64,000 bases of DNA, taken from NCBI GenBank assembly GCA_028023455.1, contig JAQFVV010000005.1, positions 16,678,001 through 16,742,000 on the forward strand, written 5' to 3'. Below are positions 54,980-64,000 of the stretch, one piece after another. This DNA comes from Epiperipatus broadwayi. Its lineage: Eukaryota; Animalia; Onychophora. Every line of letters begins with the position of its first letter. Position 1 is the first letter of the stretch. Under the pieces are notes generated by a model. The model ran no database searches, had not been told where the DNA came from, and saw nothing but the letters and a program-made list of their open reading frames with translations. The position numbers and the translations under genes were made by a program.

Positions 54980-56919
54980 TGGCCTGACCAGTGACAGTAA
55001 TAGCGAGGAATTTGAAGCTGGACCCTTAGATTATTGATTATTGAATTTTAAGTTAATACTCTAACCAACTGAGCCATTCTGTCAAAGACAACATTCAGTA
55101 GAAATTTCATATACTTATCTATGAGGTCCCTCCCAATTTCTCCACTTTTTTCTAAGAGCAAGATTGATTTGTGGTTTCCATGTATTATGTATAGTCAGAG
55201 TAGGTTGACTTATGGGGTTGTTCATAATTCCTGATTGAACATATGTTCACTGGTACATACATGGTTTACTACCATAGACATATCTGTTTTCTCTCTTCTA
55301 ATCATCAGTTTGTGTTCTTGCAAGCACTTTTCAATGGGATGACAGATCTCACCAATATATATTTTGCACATTCACAGCATATTTCATGGATGCAGTTTCC
55401 TTCCTAGTATGGTATGGCTCTGGAAAGTTGCTCTGAGGTTATAGTAATTGCAGATTTTCCTTAATTTATCTGCTATTCTTAGCATGTATGGGTACACTAC
55501 AATACCAATAAGTGTTTTTATGGTTCTTTTTATTGTCTATTTAAGGTTTTCTTAGTAACAGCTGATGAATAACCATTTTTCTTAAGCAAAACACTGGTTT
55601 CTAAACAAACTTCTTTTGCTCTTTTCCATAGTGATAGCTTAACTCCAGTTTTTGTGTTTCTGGGTGTGATTGAATGTATAGGCTAAACATTTTCCTGTAT
55701 GTGTGAGTTTTCTGTAAATTGTAGTTTTGATTTTGTCATGAGGAAATCTTGTCACAAAAGCAACTAAGATTGCCAATTTTTGTTTTTGTTCTGATTCTAT
55801 TGTGAATTTAATTCAAGGGGATATATTGTTGATATGTTACCAAAAATTTTGTAGTATTGCTTTAGCATGTGATCACATAACAAATGTATCACCTACATAG
55901 CAAAGCCAAACTTTAAGTGGATATGGAGTAATCTTTATGGCTGTGGTATGGAAGACTTGAAACCACAACTATACACATTACTCCAAATCCATCTAAAGTT
56001 TGGCTTTGATATGTAGCTGATACATTTGTTACATGACCACATAGTAATGCACTACTATACAAACTTTCTGGAAACATATCAACAACATATGCCCTCCAAT
56101 TAAATTCACAATAGAATCAGAACAAAAATAAAAATTGCCATTCTTAGATGTTATTGTGACAAGACTCCCTCATGGCAAAATCAAAACTACATTTTACAGA
56201 AAACCCACACATATAGGAAACTACTTAGCCTATACATCCAATCATATCAGAAACACAAAACATAGAGTTATGCTATCTCTATGGAACAGAGCAAAAAAAG
56301 TTTGTTTAGAAACCAGCAATTTGAAAAGTTTTATATAGAACATCTTATGAAAAATGGTTATCCATCAGCTGTTATTAAGAAAATGTTAAATAGACAACAA
56401 AAAGAACCATCAAAAGAGAGGACAATTATTGGTACTGTAGTGTATCCATACATTCTAAAAATAAGACAAATTAAGGAAAATCTGCAATCAGTCCAACAGC
56501 AGAACAGATTTCCAGAGCCATACCACACTACAAGGAATTCTAATATCTATAAAGTCTAAAGTTGAAATGCTGAAAAGAAAAAACTGCATCTATGAAATAG
56601 CATGTGAATGTGGCAAAATGTGTAGTGGTGAGACCTGTTATCCCATTGAAAAGTGTTTGCAAGATCATAAACTGATAACGAGAAGAGAGAAAACAGTTGT
56701 GTCTAAGGTAGCAGACCATGTATGTACCAGTAAACACATGTTCAATTGGGAAAATACACAAATATTGGATAGAGAGGAAAAGATACAAAGAAGAAAATTT
56801 AAAGAAGCTGTTCATATGACAATGGCAAAAAATCCCATAAAACACTAATCAACTTTGCTCTTAGGAAAAAGTGAAGAAATCAGGAGATAAGTATAAAATT
56901 TCTATTGACTGTTGTCTTT

Positions 56920-57004
56920 GACAGGATGGGCCAGTTGGTTAAAGTGTTACCTTAAAATTCACTATTCAAGAATCTAAGGATCCCGGTTCAATTCCCATGC
57001 TAGT
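56920..57004 (+). other. tRNA-Leu(TAA)-like segment in the PLE 3' region (mirror copy at 55000-55083, minus strand)
   Basis: GACAGGATGGGCCAGTTGGTTAAAGTGTTACCTTAAAATTC...GGTTCAATTCCC resembles ACCAGGATGGCCGAGTGGTTAAGGCGTTGGACTTAAGATCC; A and B boxes recognisable. Confidence 0.6.
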
Positions 57005-57023
57005 ACTATTACTGGTCAGGCCA

Positions 57024-57072
57024 GCAACACCTAAAGAAGAGGGGAGAATAATACTTTGTGGAACATTGTGCA
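57024..57072 (+). ncRNA. Hammerhead motif in the right PLE arm (more decayed)
   Basis: CAC-CTAAAGA-AGAGGGGAGAATAATACTTTGT-GGAACATT-GTG, mirror of 54931-54979. Confidence 0.5.
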
Positions 57073-58949
57073 TATAGTAACCTATATGCTATTACTCACA
57101 GTTGAATGTATTTTGGAATATTAAAAAAAAATTAAACTTTTCTAAAGACATTCAGTAGTGATATTAGATTATGATAATCCAATATATAATACAACTAAAA
57201 TACCTTCATCACAAACCTTCATGAAAACACTAATAATCATGTAGTATGTTACTTGGGAGGTCAAGTTATATTTAAGTACTGAATGTGTCAGCGTTTAGAT
57301 CTTAAGTTTGCCACTGCACATAACTGCAAAAGGCTTCGAGTGAATTAGAAACCATTAACTTTCTATTACTTTTGGTTTTGCTCTCCATCGTGTACTTCTC
57401 TGAATTGAATTTTTTTTTCAAATCTTCTTTCAAAAATCATTTAACCTTGTAATTACAGTTTTTATTTTTATTTATACTACTACAAAATCATCTATTGTAA
57501 GCTTGAATAATCAATGAACACTAGATGGCAGTGTTGCATTTACATTTCCAAGTTTTGATTATTAGCCTTCATCAAAAAAGAAAAAAAAACACTGGATTTG
57601 AACCCACACATTCTAACAGCTACTTTTTACTTCTTTTGTACTTTATAATCTGAGATTTTAACCCTCTAAAGTTTTGAACAAGAGTATTTCGCTCACCAGA
57701 AAAGTTAACAGGAAATCACGTGTCGCTTTTTTTTTTTTTTTGCAGTCACGTTATATATTTTAAAGAATTTTTTTAAGATAGGATGCATACGTGGGGATTT
57801 TAAAACTTGCATACAAAAGGAAGATTTGGAAACTCATTCAATGTTTATAATCTAGAGTGACTGACCTTTTTCAAAGAATACAAAAACAATCCTCCGCAGT
57901 CTGCGACTTCAGGTCATCGCAATCAGACTTTTAGCATCGGGTCAATTAATAGCACTGCGTAGTCTTAAAAGAGTTGTCTTTTAAGATGGCATAGGTCTAT
58001 TGATTGATTTGACGTTAAAAAGTTTATTTTATAAAAGATGTCTATTATTTATATTCTAATGAGAAAATAAGGAGCCATTTAAGTACAAAAATGATGGGTT
58101 ATTTTGACAATACGAAATATAAATTGGAATGATTACAGAAGCGTTTTTTTTTTTAGTTGGTTGGATGAATGGAAATTCAAAGCTATCTAAATTTTAAAAC
58201 AGATTCCTATCTTTTATTTTTAAAAAATGTCTTTTAACAAAATTTTTACGGATAATGAAAAATACTCCCTTCTAAAGTTTCTTTTTTCTTCATTACGGAG
58301 TCTGACTATATGAAACAGACGCAAGCCTTTGATTTTATTTTTTTTAATGTTCCAGATGTAGAAATCAGACTCAGTAAATAAAAATAAGATGACTACAACT
58401 ATCTCTCTCTCTCTCTCTCTGCTGCGCAACTTTAACAATTAATGAATTATTCGCCATAATAAAATTATCTATTTAATTTTAATAATTGTTTGCATGTATA
58501 TAGCTGCGCGTGTGCAAAATAAAATGGATAAATGATAAAATAATCATCGCAGAGAACCCCTCATAAAAAAAGGTATAAGAGATGTGCTGTCTTTGTTTAC
58601 CTTTTAGTTTAAAATAGATATCCGTTTACTGATCAATAACAGATGGTTAGCTGAGTTAATTATGGGCCAGATACTGAACAAAAAATTTTAACCTTTGTTT
58701 AAAATAACCTGAGTTTCCTGGCCCTGGATTTATTTCTGTCTCAGATCTCTATATTAATTATGAAGTTCCACATATAATTTATTATTCTGCTAAGCAGAAA
58801 ATGTCATGTTTATTTTTAATCAAATTACTAATAATAAGATCGTTGTCAGAAAACTGGTTATGATTCTTTTTTTAATGAACCAAAGAATAAATTTACATAT
58901 ATCCATAACACACTCCTTAAAAGAATTCCATGCTTCAGTAATATGACAA

Positions 58950-59690
58950 TTCTGGAGGTACAAATCAGCAACTTTGGTGTTTAATAACTATTGACATTTT
59001 GAATGAATGTTAGATATTTCTAACAATGAACATCAAATTTCTTGCAATACAATATACTTTTGAATGCATCTACCATTTTAATCTTGGAGTATACTAATCT
59101 GTGATCCATCCAACAACCTGAATTTATAAATGCTCATTATTGTTTTGAGCATTGATGCAACCATATTCTTTAAAGCAGTTTTTTTTTTCAGCTTAATGTT
59201 TGTCACAGTCAATGTATGTTTTGTGCAAAAATCTAACAATGCCCTTAGAATTCACAATACCAGTATCATTATTTCTAACAACTTTTAGCCAAACCTGCTA
59301 TTTATAGAAACACATGCATTAAAGTCTCCTAGATTAAAATTTTAATCTCTTACTGGTATGGTTGTAGGCACTAATAAAATGAGTACCCCCATTGTGCTAG
59401 GCAAGTTTTGACATCATTAGCCTTTAATTGATACAACAAAGAATACTTAAATTAAATTTTCCAGCAAACCCAACAACCTGCATTCTCCTCTGCTAAGTGA
59501 TCTGTCCTTCTAAAAAACTAAGAGCCACCCACCTGTTTTATTAAACTTCCTTCCTCTCTAAAATGGGTTTCTCTAAAAGCAATTAGATCATTTTTATACT
59601 TAGGCAGCTTTTTAGTCATTAGTGCAGTCCTACATTCTAGCCATGCAGAGTTTGTATTAAGTAATGTCTATGTGTTCCATGAGATTATAT
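58950..59690 (-). mobile_element. BovB-like RTE endonuclease remnant
   Basis: Minus-strand KYKNDLIAFRETHFREEGSL..VGGS*FLEG..RRMQVVGFA...IN*RLM and NSKG...FCTKHTLTVTN. Confidence 0.7.
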
Positions 59691-62600
59691 TCAGACCATG
59701 TGATTGTATTGAGAAAAATAGATTTACCACTATTACTGATTAATATTATTATTTATTTCCATCAATGTAATGAGTAATCCATTAGGCATGAAGTAAAAAA
59801 AAAAAGAAAAATTAAATTGGAATCAGAAATTATGTGCATGTAGTAAAAGAATGGAAATGAGGTTGCATAAACACACAATCCCATTATGCCATTTAATATA
59901 AAAAGATGACCTTGACATGAGCGGCTGATAGTAATAAAGCCCTACACTAATTTGAAAGAAAAAGAGGAAGACAAAAAAGACTATATCCCAAACCTTACCT
60001 ACTTTTTGATGAACCAACATATTTTTCTTCAAAACAGTAGAAGGTTCTCTTCATCATATTTAAATGTCATTTCACTATCTTCCACCTTTGGATCCTATAA
60101 GTAGCTTAAGCATAGAACCTGACCCAAAATATTGAAATCCACAAATGAAGATTTCACAGATTTTTTTAGAAGGGGGGGGGGGTGAGGACTGTATGCATAT
60201 ACATATACAATTTCTCTTCTTATAACGACAAATGTTTCTCATTATATCATTGTTTATTTCTTCTTCTTTACTGTATTTAAAATAACTTTTGCTCAAAAAC
60301 TTAAACTTAATGAAATATTAAGTGATGAGGAGATAGTTTATCTGAGAAAAGAAGATTGCAATTGGAATAATCTGGACTTGAGGTGTGAGTCTAAATCATC
60401 ATCAGACAATACTGTGTTCCATAGAGGGTGACTCAGACTATACATCCAAAGTCAAAACTTGTAAATTGTTTTTTAAGAAACTTATAAAAAATCTTAGTTA
60501 AAAAATGAAAATATTAAAATTATTGTGTAGAAGTTTTAGTGACAGATTGTCCATTAAAAAGAAAGCTATAATGACAAAATCCTATATATATAAATTGATA
60601 TTGGGCATCAGACATGGATGCTTAAGTCCAAAACGTTGGTCACCAAATGTACCACAATCCTTTCAACCATATGTAGTATATAGTGATGCATATATGATCA
60701 GACCACTCTTGATCATGACTATAATTGACTTGTTAGCCCAATTATTCATTATGGACCTTATCACCTGCAGCTTATTGCTGATAAAGTTACCTTCATATAG
60801 TAATATTTCCTGCTTATCATATGCGTAGAAACTTGACTACCTAAGTATACTAGAATATTTATTATTTCTGGTGAAATATATTATTAAAGCTCAGAACACT
60901 ACCACTGGCAATCCAGGTTTAAACCTGTACTCTTTGAAGAGATCATGTCAACTGCTGATCATAGCTCTCTGGATTTTTAAAGCTCTTGTGGTAATGTTGC
61001 ACTATTTAATTAACTTCAAATGAAAAGTGAACAAATGTAGAATATTTATAATAATAACAGTTTATTCCAGTAGCAATGTACAAATGGTATTTATACTCAC
61101 TCAAATCGTTAGCATTACAATAATCATATATATATATAATTATAAAGTAAATACATCTACAGCATATAGACATAAATTAGTATAGTTGATAATTAACAAT
61201 TCAGAGAAAGAAAAAAATTTTTTACACATTACAAAATATAGTGAAAACTAAATAATTTCTCCTACTTCATTTCTTGTACTTAGTCCTTTTGTACTTTAAT
61301 GTGATCCTTTGTCCAAAAAATGTAGTTATCCAAGTAAGAAAAATAACACTATGTCCAGTGATAATATTCCTTGCAACAACTTTTATTTTGCTTACTTTCA
61401 CAGAGTTTTACATATATTTTCATATTTATTTGCAGTTTAAAATGAATTCTTCATTCACTATTTATTCCTATCCATATTTTAATCACAAAATTTATCCATG
61501 TTATTTATTTTTCTTTTTAAAAAAATGTGAATTCTGCAAAGTATAATAAAATGATCATGGTATTTCTTCAATAATCAGTCTGTGGTTAGCTGGTCATTCT
61601 CTGTCAATTATTTTCTTTTCTTTGATAAGGCATGTTTAAGTATTTATGTATGCTAGAGCTAGAAAGAGAGCAATTAAATTTCTTTCTTCATGCTATGTTA
61701 TTCAACTAGATGTTTCACCTTCTTCTTCCATGGAAACCTCTGCAGTTAAACCACTTAATTAAGTTTCTCAAGCCATTCATTTAATATTTATCACACATAT
61801 ATACAAAATGATTGTATATTTGATTTATATCTAACACCTTTTTACTTTTCAATTTTAGTGTGTATATACATTTCAGCTGGTTTCCCAGTAACAATCTACA
61901 AGTCCACATTCATATTCTCCCCAAACTGTATACTGGACTGCCTGCAGACCTTCTGTCAGCCCTTTTATATATTATAGACATAATTGCTTTCTTTCAATCT
62001 CTAATGTGTTTATTAATAAATAGATTAATTTTTAAAAAAATCCTTTACAACAATTATCAAAGTCTACTTTTTAATAAACACATGGAAAAAAATTTATGAT
62101 GATTCATCACAATTAGAAACAAAGAATACAAACATTCATTTTGAAATGCTGTTTTTTATACTCTGAAATTTAGTTAAAACTTTCATTATGGATAATCGTT
62201 ATAAAAGTGTTTTTTTTTTCTTGCCCTCTCTCTTTTTTCCAAAACTAATTTTATCGGTTACTTTTTTTTACAGAAATATTTGAGAGAAAATATAAATGAA
62301 CCCATACACACAGCACTGGAATAACGAGGTTTGGAATTAATTTGACTGAGGGTTTAGAACTAAAGAAAAAATATTCATTCTTAGTATACAACCTTTGCTG
62401 TTAATTAGCATAATCATTTTTCTACTGGAGGTATCAAAATAAAGAAAATATTCACTTTTAATATATGATGTGAGCTACACATAGCTACCAAATATTTTTT
62501 ATATACATGGATTAATGTCTATTCAAATGTATAAAAATTTTATTATTCACTCAACACTTTATATGGAAAAGTGGCTAATAATGCTGCAAGGTCATTAGAA

Positions 62601-63440
62601 AAAGTTGACTGAAGACATCATTTGAAAAAAAAACTACTGTTATTGTGATCATATACATATATCATTATATACCATGTTTTCCAATATTGTATATGTATGT
62701 AATTTCGGTGTTGACTAATTAAATGCGGTTGAATTCCTATTCACTATTTAGCTAATTTGTCAAAACTGGAAATCATATATATATATATAGTTTACTACAA
62801 TCAGATATAAATGCTAAACTCTAGTTATGGATTAATGTGTAATTGTTTTTAATTACCATAACCACGTGGAATAACTGAACTTCATCTTTCTTTCTTTTTT
62901 CTACATGCAATATCTTTTTAGATATTTTTAAAATGTCTTCCATCTTGAAACACTTGAATAAAGACATCTGAAAAAGAAAAATGACTCCAAAGATATGCAT
63001 TTTATGCTGAACCAACTAATAAATGAAACTGTAATAATTTGGTATTTCTGAATACTAAATAAATAATAAAGATATTTAAGAGATTATGACCTGTATCAAC
63101 TAAATAGCATTGGTTCAATATTAAGTCCATTTTAGAGATCACCTATTGTTTTCACATGTCTTTATTCATATGTTTCAAAAATATATGTTGGAATACAAGT
63201 TTTGAGTATATCTAATATATATAATTAAGATGATAGTAATAATAAAAAGTCAGATGTCACATGACTTATATATATCTTGCACTTACAAATATGGAGTATC
63301 TGAATGAAGTTCAGCCCCATATGATTTTTTCAGTTGGAGAGCTGACTTTAAAGACATGTAGATATCTAAAAGTTTCAGATTTTCTTCTAACAATTAACTT
63401 TTAGATAAATGCTTTGCTTGAGTTTGTTTTGAATCTAATG

Positions 63441-63493
63441 TCCCAACTCCTCACTGAAGAGACCCATAGGTCGAAACCGGTCTGGGGATGGGA
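63441..63493 (+). ncRNA. Minimal type I hammerhead ribozyme, apparently intact
   Basis: TCCCA-AC-TCCTCA-CTGAAGA-GACC(CATA)GGTC-GAAA-CCGGTC^-TGGGGA-TGGGA: canonical core, GUC site (cleavage after 63482), stems I and II pair, palindromic ACCGGT stem III. Confidence 0.88.
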
Positions 63494-64000
63494 ACAATCC
63501 AAGATAGTAATTAAGCAGAGTAAATCACATTCCCTTCAGGTTATGGAGAAATAACACACTGTATATTAACAAAGATTTTAAGAAAAAAATGGGTCCATAT
63601 ATTCTTTAAGCTTTTGATGTTTATGAATTTCTTTGCCAGTACTGATGGAAATTTAGAATAAAATTAATATATCAGCCAGATGAAAATAAGATGGACAGAG
63701 TCTCATTTTTAATAACTTTGTTTTAATAATCAAATAGGAAATAATAAATCTAAACATGAAATTAGCATAAGTTAATGCATATGTAATCAAGAGAAGTAAA
63801 ACATTCTTCCTTTAGGCTATGGAGAAAATTTTCATGAAAAGATAAGAATTGGGCTTGAAAGATACGTTCATAATATTCTGGATCTTTCCTACTGAGAAAG
63901 AAAAACTATTGTTTATAATTATTTATTATATGGTTAAGTTTATGCAAGTTATCAATAAAATAATAGAATTATTTATACAGGTAACTGCAAAATGAGTTAA

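Larger units (their letters stand above)
54807..57230. mobile_element. Head-to-head palindromic Penelope-like element (RT C-terminus + GIY-YIG + 3' region in both arms)
   Basis: Right arm MEDxETT...KVWL*YVADTF...PFLDVIVTRLPHGKIKTTFYRKPTH...NCIYEIACECGKMCSGET...DHVCTSKHMFNWENTQIL; left arm is its reverse complement; 14 nt loop 55948-55961; about 42 nt extra right tail; 17 bp near-repeat at 54790-54806 and 57231-57247. Confidence 0.95.

Noticed and set aside
61581-61594. miR-34-like 14-mer
   Set aside because: Lacks the seed and a star arm

Overview
Very AT-rich, CpG-depleted animal (probably invertebrate) genomic DNA. I found no convincing intact protein-coding gene; the ORF-track entries I could assign are transposon remnants or chance ORFs. 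Much of the window is decayed mobile DNA: two near-full-length RTE LINEs plus many RTE 3' fragments, a second BovB-like RTE lineage, L1/Tx1-like debris, Penelope-like elements (PLEs), an internally deleted mariner, a Merlin-like fragment and a tRNA-Gly-derived SINE family. The most striking pattern is a recurring insertion architecture at six or seven unrelated loci: an inverted repeat (fold-back), an unmirrored 32-67 nt tail on one side only, and a 10-17 bp target-site duplication (TSD). The largest case is a 2.4 kb PLE palindrome carrying a tRNA-Leu-like segment and a hammerhead ribozyme motif in each arm. Also present: a well-formed minimal hammerhead (63441-63493), a candidate HDV-like ribozyme at the RTE 5' ends, a decayed PHF12-like PHD-finger fragment, and several CpG-retaining, promoter/enhancer-like patches. 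All calls were made by eye; no alignment or database search was run.
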